In this document: positions 22,227 through 32,978 of the stretch, piece by piece
Numbering within the stretch: position 1 is the stretch's first letter
Layout of the letters: every line of letters starts with the position of its first letter
Assembly: GCA_963702215.1 (NCBI GenBank)
Contig: OY969726.1
Location: 3,288,609-3,352,608 of the forward strand
Direction: 5' to 3'
Source of the DNA: an uncultured Bacteroidota bacterium
Lineage (GTDB): Bacteria > Bacteroidota > Ignavibacteria > Palsa-1295
DNA: 64,000 nucleotides
Translations under genes and position numbers: made by a program
Notes under the pieces: generated by a model
The model's database searches: none
What the model was told of the DNA's origin: nothing
What the model saw: the letters and a program-made list of their open reading frames with translations, nothing else

Positions 22227-23128
22227 ACATAGCAATGATCGGCTTAGGCCGCATGGGCGCAAACATGGCTCAGCGCCTGAAAAACGGCGGGCACATCGTC
22301 ATCGGATATGACCCGAACGCAGAAGCCAGAGCGAGGGTAGAAGCCGAAGGTCTTTCGACTTTCGCTTCCCTCGCGTCCCTTGCGTCCGCCCTTCCGCAAC
22401 CAAGGATTGTCTGGATCATGGTTCCGGCCGGGAACCCAGTGGATGAAACGATCGAGGCGCTTTCTCCGCTGCTCGCGAAGGGCGACGTTCTCATCGACGG
22501 CGGCAACTCCTATTACAAAGACACACTCCGCCGTGCCGAAATGCTTCGGAGCATTGGAATTTCGTATGTCGATTGCGGTACGAGCGGAGGAATCTGGGGC
22601 CTGGAAGAAGGCTACGGGATGATGATAGGGGGAGACGATGACGTCGTGAAAACCATCGCGCCACTCTTCGAGGCGCTGGCTCCAGAAAAGGATAAAGGGT
22701 GGGGGCGCGTCGGCCCGTGTGGCGCCGGGCATTTCGTAAAAATGGTTCACAATGGTATCGAGTATGGACTGATGCAGGCATACGCCGAAGGTTTTTCAAT
22801 ATTGAAGCACAAGCCAGATTTCGAGATCGATACTCACCAGGTTGCGGAAATATGGCGCTTCGGAACGGTGATTCGTTCGTGGCTGCTCGATCTTGCCGCC
22901 GATGCGCTGGCAAAGAATCCGAATCTCGATGGCATCGCACCGGTCGTTGCCGATTCGGGCGAGGGCCGGTGGACAGCCTTCGAGGCGATCGAAAATAACG
23001 TTCCAGCGCCGGTTATCACGCTTTCGCTCCTCGAACGCATTCGTTCCCGCGAAGTGGAATCGTTCGGCGATAAATTGCTCTCTGCACTTCGGAATGAATT
23101 TGGTGGACACCCGATCACGAAAGAGTAA
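22223..23128 (+). CDS. gnd: 6-phosphogluconate dehydrogenase (decarboxylating), short-chain (~300 aa) form
   Basis: MNIAMIGLGRMGANMAQRL (NAD(P)-binding Rossmann motif), GGNSYYKDT, CGTSGGIWGLEEGY. Its ATG overlaps the glucoamylase stop (ATGA). Confidence 0.8.
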   Translation: MNIAMIGLGRMGANMAQRLKNGGHIVIGYDPNAEARARVEAEGLSTFASLASLASALPQPRIVWIMVPAGNPVDETIEALSPLLAKGDVLIDGGNSYYKDTLRRAEMLRSIGISYVDCGTSGGIWGLEEGYGMMIGGDDDVVKTIAPLFEALAPEKDKGWGRVGPCGAGHFVKMVHNGIEYGLMQAYAEGFSILKHKPDFEIDTHQVAEIWRFGTVIRSWLLDLAADALAKNPNLDGIAPVVADSGEGRWTAFEAIENNVPAPVITLSLLERIRSREVESFGDKLLSALRNEFGGHPITKE

Positions 23129-24562
23129 TGCTAACCCATACCAAACCCGAATCCTGCATCCTCGCACTCTTTGGCGCGACGGGCGATCTCGCCCACCGTA
23201 AAATCCTCCCTGCACTCTTTGCCATGGCTGATGCCAAGGAGCTGCCGGAGGATACCGTCATCCTCGGAATTGGCAGGAACAAAGCCAAGAAGGATGATGC
23301 ATTTCGGCGAGGAGGTCCGCCGTTCAATCGAGCAATCCGGCGGGAAGGATTCAGAGAGAATCCAGTCTTGGTGTTCCACACAAATGTATTATTCGGGCAT
23401 CGATGCCGGAACAAAAGGGGATTATAACCGGCTCCGGGACCGCATCATCGCGCTCGAAAAGAAACACAAGTTGAATGGGAACCGAATTTTTTATCTGGCT
23501 ATCCCACCGCAATTTTTCGAGCCGACGGTTAGGTCTATCAGTGATGCCGGGATGAACGATTCCAAGGGATGGACGAGGCTCGTCATTGAAAAGCCGTTTG
23601 GCCGGGACCTTAAAAGCGCGCTCGAGCTCAATACGGTGATCACGAAATATTTCAGTGAAGAGCAGATCTATCGGATGGACCATTATCTCGGCAAAGAGAC
23701 CGTGCAGAATTTGCTCACTTTTCGCTTCGGAAATTCGATCTTCGAATCGTTGTGGAATCGGGAGAAGATCGAAAAAGTGGAGATCACAGTTGCCGAGCAA
23801 CTTGGTGTCGAAGAGCGAGCGGATTATTATGACCAAAGTGGCGCACTGCGTGACATGATTCAGAACCATCTTACGCAGCTAATGGCGCTCACGGCGATGG
23901 AAATTCCCGAAGCATTCGATGCGATCGACTTGCGCTACGAAAAAGTGAAAGTCCTGCGCGCGATTCGCGCGATTGATAACGAAGACGTGGTAATGGGGCA
24001 ATATGCCGAAGGCGAAATCGGCGGACACGGCGTCTATAGTTATCGGAAGGAAGATGGGGTAAAGCGTGGCTCGAAAACGCCTACGTTCGCGGCGCTCAAG
24101 TTGCACATCAATAACTGGCGCTGGAGCGGCGTGCCGTTTTACCTCCGCACTGGCAAGCGGCTAAAAGAAACGAAATCGGAGATTGTAATTACGTTCCGCT
24201 GCCCGCCGATTTCGCTCTTCAAGTCATCGGAGGGAGTGGGAACCAGAGCGAACGTGCTGGTCATTGCGATCCAGCCGAATGAAGGATTCAAAGTTCTTTT
24301 TCAAGTAAAGCGGCCTGGGCTTGCGATGGCCGTAAACTCGGAATGGATGCACTTTTCTTACTCCGAAGCATTCGGGCCAATTCCCGAAGCGTACCATACG
24401 CTCCTGCTCGATGTCATGCGCGGCGACCAAACGCTCTTCGTTTCCGCCGATGAAACGCTCGAATCATGGAAGCTTTACACGCCGGTGCTTCACCATCATC
24501 ATGATCTTCATTTCTATCCCGCGGGCTCGTGGGGACCGGAGCAAGCGGAGAAACTCGTGTAG
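23128..24562 (+). CDS. zwf: glucose-6-phosphate 1-dehydrogenase, split by a frameshift
   Basis: ORF 23128..23427 gives the N-terminus (LFGATGDLAHRKILPALF...DTVILGIGRNK). ORF 23171..24562 gives the rest (DHYLGKETVQNLLTFRFGNSIFESLWNR, RDMIQNHLTQ). The frame switches near 23290..23310 (KKDDAF | GEEVRRSIEQ). Confidence 0.85.
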
Positions 24563-24689
24563 CCGCGACCTTTAGGTCATGGCGAGTAGGTCATGGCGAG
24601 TTCATTGGCATTATTCGCCGTGACCTGAAATTCACGGCTACAAATGTGGAACCGCGGGCTTTCCAATGGAGTTTGGGAGCGGCACTTAG

Positions 24690-24771
24690 GCGGGAGTGGC
24701 GAAATTGGCAGACGCACTACTTTGAGGTGGTAGCGCCGCGAGGCGTGGGGGTTCAAGTCCCCCCTCCCGCA
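24690..24771 (+). tRNA. tRNA-Leu (anticodon GAG), type II with a variable-arm hairpin
   Basis: Acceptor stem GCGGGAG/CTCCCGC. D-arm GCG-AAATTGGCAGA-CGC. Anticodon stem CTACT/GGTAG with loop TTGAGGT. Variable arm CGCC-GCGA-GGCG. T-arm GGGGG-TTCAAGT-CCCCC. Discriminator A. No encoded CCA. Confidence 0.8.
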
Positions 24772-24828
24772 CACGTTGAGTAACGAGGAAGGAGTTGGGA
24801 ACAGCTCCTCACTCTCCCTATTTTCCGC

Positions 24829-26313
24829 TTAATACCCCGCCGACACCAGTTCCCTCCGTAACTCTTTAAGATACGTCGGATGCACGTCGCCGTAGTAAAG
24901 CGCGCTCGGTTCGAGCACGAGCGTTCCGAAACTCGAGGGATTGCCGGCTTCGTAGTGGCTCGTCGCCTGCACGGTTAATTCATTGGGCCGCGCGGGATCA
25001 TCGACATCATAGACGAGCGCGGTAAAACCGAGCGTCGCGGCATTGGTAATACTCGCGGTCGGTGCAGACGTTGCTTCATCGCTCGTAGTACTCACCGGTA
25101 CCGGCGTTTCGTAGTAATGTTCCGGGTTCGTCTCAAAGCCGAGGAAACTGAAAGGAATTCGAAGCGTGAGCCGATAGCCATCGGTGGCATTATTTAGCGT
25201 ATCGTACTCCATGACCGCGCGAACTCGAGCGAGACCCTGCTTCTCGAGCGGCGAGAGCGTGCTGGACGGGGTGCTGTAAGTAATTTGTGTTACCGGACCG
25301 GCATGAGAGGGAAGCACGAAGGTAATGCTGGACACGAGTGAATCCATATGCGTTCGGAAAACCGGAAACCCACCTTCTTCGGAAACAATACGGCGGTCGC
25401 GGTTGAGGCGGTCGCCGGTATATTTTGTATCAAACCAGAAGGTGACGCGGTCGTTTGCATCGTCATTCGAGTTGCCGCCGATTACATAGTCATCCCGCAC
25501 GCGAAGGGCAATATAAATATAGTCATCGGTATAAGCAGTCCGCATGGAACGAATGGAAAGATCGCTCGCATCGCGTCGAAGGCCGAGGCCCCCAATGATG
25601 AAATCGGTTGACGAATCGGAAAGGAGATCGCCGTAGCCTGGATAAAGTTCCCGCGTGCGCTCATACGACGGCAGGGTATAATAGGATTGCGAAAGCATCG
25701 GGCCGCCGGTTTCACCAGTAAAATAATTCTCGCGCGTGAGCAGCGATCGATAATTGCGATAGACATCGTGCCCCAGCGGATGCGGCTTCCCGTTTTTTGC
25801 CGCAAGCCCTATTTCCTGTGTCTCATAGCGGCTTACGAGGGTCACATCGCCATAGATAATTGAATAACCCTCCTGGACCCAATGGTTATCGCCGGTTTTT
25901 TGCGTGATAGTGATGATGGAACTATCGACATCGAGCCCCACTTCGATGGGCGATTCCACATAAGGAATTTCGCGCTCGAATTCATCGGCGAGCCGTTTGT
26001 TATCGACATTCTCGAATAGATAGACACGGACCTTATTCGAGGCAGATCCCGCATCATATACCGAAATAGCCAGATCGGGAAGCGAATCGTGTGTGAAATC
26101 CCCGATGGCGAGACCCCACACATGCGCGTTCGCATAATCGGGAATGAGGTCGCGAAGCTGCTCCGCGAGCGCCGGATTGTGTAGCTCCGTACCAATGCGC
26201 GGCAGGATGCTATCGACTATCATCCCTTGCGCGAATGACTGCGCGGGGCGCGCGATCACCTCGCAAAAAAAGAGTGGAAGCGCGAATGCCAGAACGAATC
26301 GGTGTGTTCTCAT
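24829..26313 (-). CDS. hypothetical secreted protein
   Basis: The ORF is listed to 26433. The likely start is MRTHRFVLAFALPLFFCEVIARPAQSFAQG (signal peptide). No recognisable catalytic motif. Confidence 0.4.
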   Translation of the reverse strand: MRTHRFVLAFALPLFFCEVIARPAQSFAQGMIVDSILPRIGTELHNPALAEQLRDLIPDYANAHVWGLAIGDFTHDSLPDLAISVYDAGSASNKVRVYLFENVDNKRLADEFEREIPYVESPIEVGLDVDSSIITITQKTGDNHWVQEGYSIIYGDVTLVSRYETQEIGLAAKNGKPHPLGHDVYRNYRSLLTRENYFTGETGGPMLSQSYYTLPSYERTRELYPGYGDLLSDSSTDFIIGGLGLRRDASDLSIRSMRTAYTDDYIYIALRVRDDYVIGGNSNDDANDRVTFWFDTKYTGDRLNRDRRIVSEEGGFPVFRTHMDSLVSSITFVLPSHAGPVTQITYSTPSSTLSPLEKQGLARVRAVMEYDTLNNATDGYRLTLRIPFSFLGFETNPEHYYETPVPVSTTSDEATSAPTASITNAATLGFTALVYDVDDPARPNELTVQATSHYEAGNPSSFGTLVLEPSALYYGDVHPTYLKELRRELVSAGY

Positions 26314-26455
26314 CGGCACAAAAATACGGTGCTTGGAATTTATAACTACAGTTTGTTTTACGTGCAAACTAAAAAGCACTACCTTGTCATTCCCGCTAAA
26401 ACGGGTATGACGATCAACGGTTTTCATTCGCAATTCGTAATTCCTAATTTAACAA

Positions 26456-29072
26456 TTGGCCTATCCTTTCTCCGAAATCGAACTGAAGTGGCAGGAATAC
26501 TGGAAGCGCCACGAGACATATCGGGTAGAACGCGACCCATCGAAGCCGAAGTATTTCGTCATGGATATGTTCCCATATCCTTCCGGGGAAGGCTTGCACA
26601 TCGGGCATCCGCTCAGCTATACGGCGACGGATGTCGTTATGCGCTTGAAGCGGATGCAGGGCTTCGCCGTGATGCACGCGACTGGCTGGGATGCATTCGG
26701 CCTTCCCGCCGAGCAATACGCTGTAAAGTACAAGCTGCACCCGCGCATCACGACGGAACGAAATATCGCCACCTATCGCCGACAGCTCGACTCACTCGGA
26801 TATGGCTACGATTGGTCCCGCGAAATCAACACGACCGATCCCAATTATTTCAAGTGGACACAATGGATTTTCCTGAATTTTTTTAATTCTTATTACAATA
26901 CTGAAAAAGATAGTGCTCGCCCGATAGAGGAGCTTATCAGCCTTATCGAAATAATCGGGACGCGAATTCTGCCATGCGCGTTGCCGCGGGACATCAAACA
27001 CTACAGTGCGGAAGAATGGCACTCCGCCACCAATAAACAGCGCGCCGATTTTCTCGCGAATTGCCGGCTTGCCTACGTTGCCGATGCGCCGGTTAACTGG
27101 TGCCCCGAGTTGGGAACCGTACTTGCGAACGAAGAAATTGCGGAACAAGAAGAAAAAGGCTTTACGGTCGTAAGACGCAACATGCGCCAATGGGTGCTGC
27201 GTATCACGGCGTATGCCGAGCGCTTGCTGCGCGATCTCAATACGGTGAATTGGCCGGAAAGCACCATCCATAGCCAGCGCAACTGGATCGGCCGAAGCGA
27301 GGGGGCTGAAATCGACTTCGAAGATCGCGGGCACAAAAGAAAAATTCCGCGTTTATACTACACGTCCCGATACACTCTTCGGCGCCACATACATGGTTCT
27401 TGCACCGGAGCATCCGCTGGTTGGCAAAATTACCACGCCTTCGCAGTCAGCATCGGTCGAAAAATACCTGGATGAGGTGCGCCGCAAAAGCGATTTGGAA
27501 CGAACCGACCTCGCACGCGAGAAAACCGGCGTATTCACCGGCGCCTACGCGATCAATCCCTCGAATGGAAAGCACATTCAGATATGGATCGCGGACTATG
27601 TGCTGATGTCTTACGGCACCGGCGCGATTATGTCCGTTCCGGGCCACGACGAACGCGATTTCGAATTTGCGGAAGCCTTTGCACTTCCCATCGTGCGCGT
27701 GGTGCAAGCGCCGGGTGTGGATGCAAACGAGCCGCTCCTCGTGCCATTCACGGACGATGGCATTGCGGTTCATTCCGGATTTCTCTCGGAGCTGCCCACG
27801 GCAGAAGCGAAAGAGAAAATGATCGAGTGGCTCGAAGCCAATGGCAAAGGGAACCGAGCGGTGAAATATAAGCTTCGGGATTGGCTGTTTTCGCGCCAGC
27901 GGTATTGGGGGGAACCGTTCCCAATTATTTATGTGAACGAGGGAGATGGCGAATATCCAAAAGCCTTGCCGGAAACCATGCTTCCGGTGATTTTACCAGA
28001 AGTGGAAAGTTACCAACCCTCCGGCACCGGCGAATCCCCGCTGGCCACCATCTCTGCATGGGTCAATACGACCGACCCGGAAACCGGCCATCCCGCCCGC
28101 CGCGAAACGAACACGATGCCGCAATGGGCCGGCTCCTCGTGGTATTTCCTCCGCTATCTCGATCCCCGCAACGATCGCGAACTGGTTTCTCCGGAAGCGG
28201 AACGATACTGGATGCCGGTCGATCTCTACATCGGAGGCGCGGAACATGCCGTGACGCATTGGCTCTACTCGCGCTTCTGGCATAAGTTCCTTTATGATTA
28301 TGGCATCGTTCACACACCGGAACCATTTAAACGCATATTCCACCAGGGAATGCTGCTGGGCGAAAACGGCAGCAAAATGTCGAAATCGCTCGGGAATGTC
28401 ATCAATCCCGATGAGCTGGTCTCGCAATACGGGGCGGATACCGTGCGTTCCTATGTGCTTTTTCTCGGGCCGCTCGAAGGAACGAAACCGTGGGATTCCA
28501 AGGGCATTATGGGCGTTCACCGGTTCCTGAATAAAATATGGAAAATTATTGTACGAGAGGATAACACGACCGATCTGAATACTCTATCCGATAAGGTTCC
28601 TTCGCAATCGTTCGAAAGATTACTCCATCAAACGATAAAAAAAGTTGGCGAGGATATTGAAGCATTGCGTTTCAATACCGCGATTTCCGCTTCGATGATT
28701 CTTCTCAATGCGATCGAAGATGAGCAGGGCGGGGTGCCACGCCTGGCATTCGAAGTGCTGCTGAAACTCATCGCGCCATTCGCGCCTCATATTGCCGAAG
28801 AGCTGTGGCAACGAATCGGGCACGATGGAACCATCTTTGATTCCCAGTGGCCGTTGTACGACGAAGCGAAAACCATTGAACATGTCGTCACGCTTATCCT
28901 TCAGGTTAATGGAAAGCTGCGCGACAAGCTCGAAGTGCCGCGCGGGCTTTCCGCCGGCGACCTCGAACAATTCGCGCGCGAAAGCCCGAATGTGATGAAG
29001 CATATTGATGGCAAGCAGATTCGAAAAATCATCGTCGTGCCGGATAAATTAGTTAACGTAGTCGCCACATGA
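26456..29072 (+). CDS. leuS: leucine--tRNA ligase, split by a frameshift in a poly-A run
   Basis: ORF 26456..27475 gives the N-terminus with HIGH ([13 protein letters not shown]). In a +1 frame it continues as [24 protein letters not shown] into ORF 27393..29072 (KMSKS region: [10 protein letters not shown]). The frame switches at about 27334..27350 inside CACAAAAGAAAAATT. Confidence 0.9.
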
Positions 29073-30088
29073 AACTCTGCATCCTCCTAGGCGGCCCGAG
29101 CGCCGAGCGTGAAGTCTCGCTTCTCACCGGCGAAGCGATGGCACACGCGTTGGCAAGCCGCGGGCATGATATTACGCTCGTCGATCCGGCAACGGCGCGG
29201 ACGATGCGTTTGGAAGAATTCCAAGCTAATCCGCCGAGCGCCGAGCCGCCTACGGCGCGGGAGCTCGGAGCATATTCCGGCGGCAGCGTCGTGCTCGAAA
29301 GCCTTATGCTGCCTGCGGTGCGGGAAGCGGAGGTCGTGGTGCTCGGCCTGCACGGAGTTCCCGGCGAGGATGGGCTAATCCAATCGGTGCTGGAACTTCA
29401 GGGCAAGCGCTACACGGGATCGGATGCACGTTCGAGTGCGCTCTGCATCGATAAGCAATACACAAAAATTATTTTGGAACATGCTGGCGTCCCCTGCCCT
29501 CGCGGACGAATTCTTTCACTTACCGATCATCCGCTCGAGCGCCATGCGGCGTGGGATTGGTCGGTGACCGAGCTTGGATTCCCGCTCGTTATCAAGCCGA
29601 ACGATCAGGGATCGACCGTCGGCCTTACGATTCTTCGCGAAGAATCGCAGGATGCGTTCAACCGTGCCGTCGATCTCGCACTGGAATATTCCTCGAAGGC
29701 GCTGATCGAAGAATTTATTGAGGGACGTGAACTAACCGTCTCCATTTTGGGCCGCGAGGCGCTACCCATTCTTGAAATTGAAACGAAGGGCGGCTTCTAC
29801 GATTACCTGCACAAATACACTCCGGGAATGTCATTCCATACCTGCCCGGCGAAACTCCCTTCGGAACTTTCGAGCGCCATTCAGGCAAGTGCTCTCGCGG
29901 CGTTTGAAGCCTGTAGTTGCCGTGGTTACGGGCGCCTCGATTTCCGCCTGCATCCGAGTGGAAATTATTATTGCCTCGAAATCAATACGCTGCCCGGGAT
30001 GACATCCACCAGCCTCATCCCCGATGCCGCCCGCGCCGCCGGGATTTCCTTCGAGGAATTGTGCGAGCGAATTGTTCAGGAGGCATAA
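29069..30088 (+). CDS. ddl: D-alanine--D-alanine ligase
   Basis: [21 protein letters not shown]..., ATP-grasp motifs, and a C-terminal GYGRLDFRL...LEINTLPGMT. Its ATG overlaps the leuS TGA. Confidence 0.85.
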   Translation: MKLCILLGGPSAEREVSLLTGEAMAHALASRGHDITLVDPATARTMRLEEFQANPPSAEPPTARELGAYSGGSVVLESLMLPAVREAEVVVLGLHGVPGEDGLIQSVLELQGKRYTGSDARSSALCIDKQYTKIILEHAGVPCPRGRILSLTDHPLERHAAWDWSVTELGFPLVIKPNDQGSTVGLTILREESQDAFNRAVDLALEYSSKALIEEFIEGRELTVSILGREALPILEIETKGGFYDYLHKYTPGMSFHTCPAKLPSELSSAIQASALAAFEACSCRGYGRLDFRLHPSGNYYCLEINTLPGMTSTSLIPDAARAAGISFEELCERIVQEA

Positions 30089-30160
30089 GCTATTTGTGCC
30101 GTTGGGGATAAATTCCTCTCGCCGCACTGTTTGAAGTCCCAAATTATCTAATCTTACGAC

Positions 30161-31927
30161 ATGCCGAAGATCACCATCGACGGAAAAGAACTCGAAGCGC
30201 AGGCGGGGCAAACCATCATTCAGGCCGCTCTCGACAACGGAATGGACATCCCACATTTTTGCTGGCACCCGGCGCTTATCATAGCTGGGAACTGCCGGAT
30301 GTGCCTCGTGGAAGTGGAGAAAATGGGGAAGCTGCAGATCGCGTGCGCGACCCCCGTGAGCGAGGGCATGGTCGTGAAGACGCTTTCGGACGCAGCCACC
30401 CGAGGCCGCGAAGATGTGATGGAATTTCTCCTCATCAATCATCCGCTCGATTGCCCGATTTGCGACGAGGCTGGCCAGTGCAAACTTCAAGACTATACCT
30501 TCGAGCATTCGCGCGGCGTATCGCGCTTCGTGGAAGAAAAGACGCATAAAGATAAGCGCGTTCCCCTCGGACCACAAATCTTGTTCGATGCCGAGCGCTG
30601 TATTTCCTGCTCGCGGTGCATTCGTTTCGCGCAGGAAGTTGCCGAGCAGCCGGTGCTCACCTTCGTTCATCGCGGCGATCACGTTACAATAGTTTCTAAT
30701 CCCGAAATGGGTTTCGATAACAATATGTCGATGAACGTGATCGATATTTGTCCGGTGGGCGCGCTGACGAGCCACGATTTTCGGTTCAAAGCGCGGGTGT
30801 GGGATATGTCGTTCACCGAGTCGATTTGCCCGGGCTGTTCGATGGGCTGCAATATCCGAGTGGGTGTGCGTAATAATGTGATCGAGCGGCTGGAACCTCG
30901 AAATAATCCGAATGTCAATACGTACTGGATGTGCGATCATGGCCGGCTCAACGCATACCCTCCGGTCAATAACGATCGCATCAGCGGTGCGCGCATGAAG
31001 GATGTGAACGGACTTCAGCAGCCCACCGATTATGATTCCGCCACACGCCGGACGGCGGATGAACTCTCGAGATACAACGAGAACGAAGTTCTCATTCTTG
31101 GCTCGGCCTATGGAACCGTCGAAGATAATTATGCGATGGCGAAGCTGGCGCGCGAGAAATTCGGCAAGGAAAAGATTCCCTTCGTTCCGCATTTCGTGGG
31201 GGAGAATGAGCGGCTGCTCCTGAAAGCAGATCGCCCGCCAAACGCGTTCGGCGCAACCCTCGTGGGTGCCGTGGCCGACGAGCACTATCAGCATATTCGA
31301 GGCGAGAAGCAAGCCGAGCAAACCGTGCTGGAACTGCTTCGCTCGCGCAAAATTAAAGCGGTTTTTGCATTGGCGGACGATTTCCTCGCCGATCCTCATC
31401 TCCTCGAAGCCTTCGAGAATGTAGAGTTTTTCGCGTGCGAGGCCACGAACGACTGCGTTACTTCACGACGCGCCGATGTCGTGTTTCCCGCATCGCAATG
31501 GGCCGAGCGCGATGGTGTTGTCGTAAATTACAATGGCTGGGCGCAGCAGCTTCGGCCTGCCGTGACGACAGAGTATTACATGCGCGGCATCGACCAGCTC
31601 CACATGTCGCGCCTCGACCGATTCGGCTCGCCGTTCGACGCCTGGGCGCGCGGCAACAAGCGCGACGCCCGCGAAGGATGGCGCTTCGTGCAGCTCGTTG
31701 CGAATGGACTGGGTTTAGATTGGAAGTATCTTTATACCGAGGACATTTTCGACGAGATCGCCGAACTCGTTCCAGAATTCAAAGGCATGTCCTACGATGC
31801 AATTGGCAATCTCGGCCTGCCCATTCAGGATGGCCGGCAAAAAGCCGAGCGAAAGGTTCCGATTTATGAAGAAGTGTATCAGGCCTCGACGGAACGAATT
31901 GAAAGCGTAGGAAGCGTAATCTTGTGA
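30161..31927 (+). CDS. nuoG: NADH-quinone oxidoreductase subunit G (75 kDa subunit homologue)
   Basis: N-terminal 2Fe-2S ferredoxin region (IIAGNCRMCLVEV) and INHPLDCPICDEAGQCKLQDYTFEH, followed by a molybdopterin-oxidoreductase-like domain. The long antisense ORF 29831..31399 is rejected. Confidence 0.8.
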   Translation: MPKITIDGKELEAQAGQTIIQAALDNGMDIPHFCWHPALIIAGNCRMCLVEVEKMGKLQIACATPVSEGMVVKTLSDAATRGREDVMEFLLINHPLDCPICDEAGQCKLQDYTFEHSRGVSRFVEEKTHKDKRVPLGPQILFDAERCISCSRCIRFAQEVAEQPVLTFVHRGDHVTIVSNPEMGFDNNMSMNVIDICPVGALTSHDFRFKARVWDMSFTESICPGCSMGCNIRVGVRNNVIERLEPRNNPNVNTYWMCDHGRLNAYPPVNNDRISGARMKDVNGLQQPTDYDSATRRTADELSRYNENEVLILGSAYGTVEDNYAMAKLAREKFGKEKIPFVPHFVGENERLLLKADRPPNAFGATLVGAVADEHYQHIRGEKQAEQTVLELLRSRKIKAVFALADDFLADPHLLEAFENVEFFACEATNDCVTSRRADVVFPASQWAERDGVVVNYNGWAQQLRPAVTTEYYMRGIDQLHMSRLDRFGSPFDAWARGNKRDAREGWRFVQLVANGLGLDWKYLYTEDIFDEIAELVPEFKGMSYDAIGNLGLPIQDGRQKAERKVPIYEEVYQASTERIESVGSVIL

Positions 31928-31946
31928 GTATCTAATCTTTATTTCA

Positions 31947-32967
31947 ATGGTTATCGAAGCTCTCATCAAAATCGTAATCGTTCTCTTCGTCGTGCTCACG
32001 GCGGTATCGTACACGGTGCTGCTCGAACGCTGGGTTAGCGCGTGGGTGCAGGACCGCATCGGGCCGAATCGCGTCGGGCCGCTTGGCCTCTTCCAGCCGC
32101 TGGCGGATGTGCTTAAACTCCTCCTCAAGGAGGACATCGAGCCCCGGCAGGCACAAAAATGGTTCCATTGGGTTGCGCCCGTGATTTCGATTACGATCGC
32201 GTTCAGCGTTCTCGCAGTCGTGCCGTTTGGCCACGTGCTGATGCTTGGCACGCGAGTGATCCCGCTTACAATCGCATCGAGCATCAATATCGGCGTGTTG
32301 TTTATCGTCGCCCTTTCTTCGCTTGGCGTGTATGGCATTACGCTGGCGGGCTGGTCGAGCGGTTCCAAATATTCGCTTTTAGGCGGCTTGCGTTCCAGCG
32401 CACAAATGATTAGCTACGAGCTCGTGCTTGGACTGGGCCTTATTAGCGTGGTCATGCTTACGGGCTCCCTTGACCTCAATACCATTATCGACTCGCAGGC
32501 TGCGGGGCTTTGGAACATTATTCGCGCGCCCTCTGGGATTTCTGCTGTTTTTCACTGCCTCATTCGCGGAGACCAATCGGTTGCCGTTCGATCTTCCGGA
32601 AGCCGAGCCGGAACTGGTTGGCGGGTATCATACGGAATACAGTTCGATGAAATTCGCACTGTTTTTCCTGGCCGAATATGCGAACATCATCACCGCAAGT
32701 GCGATAACCACCGTGCTCTTCCTGGGAGGCTGGCATGTTCCCTTCATTGACCATCTTGGAATTTCGAGCTTGTGGATGACGATTATCGGCATCCTTGCTT
32801 TTGCGCTTAAGACGATTGGCCTTCTCTTCATCTTTATTTGGGTTCGCTGGTCGCTCCCACGATTCCGCTACGATCAGCTGATGGACTTGGGCTGGAAAGT
32901 CTTGCTGCCGCTGGGTATCCTGAACATCGTTTGGACCGCGTTCGAAAAAATGTATTTAATGAGCTAA
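31947..32967 (+). CDS. nuoH: NADH-quinone oxidoreductase subunit H, split by a frameshift
   Basis: ORF 31947..32750 gives the N-terminus ([39 protein letters not shown]). ORF 32428..32967 gives the C-terminus ([50 protein letters not shown]). The frame switches near 32505..32530. Confidence 0.85.
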
Positions 32968-32978
32968 CCGTCGCCGAT

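Noticed and set aside
29831-31399. Long - strand ORF (522 aa) across nuoG
   Set aside because: It is antisense to a well-conserved nuoG. The product is His/Arg-rich and low-complexity, as is typical for high-GC antisense frames. The same reasoning applies to 21090..21686 (-), 27993..28520 (-), 36471..37196 (-), 37754..38683 (-) and 42849..44141 (+).
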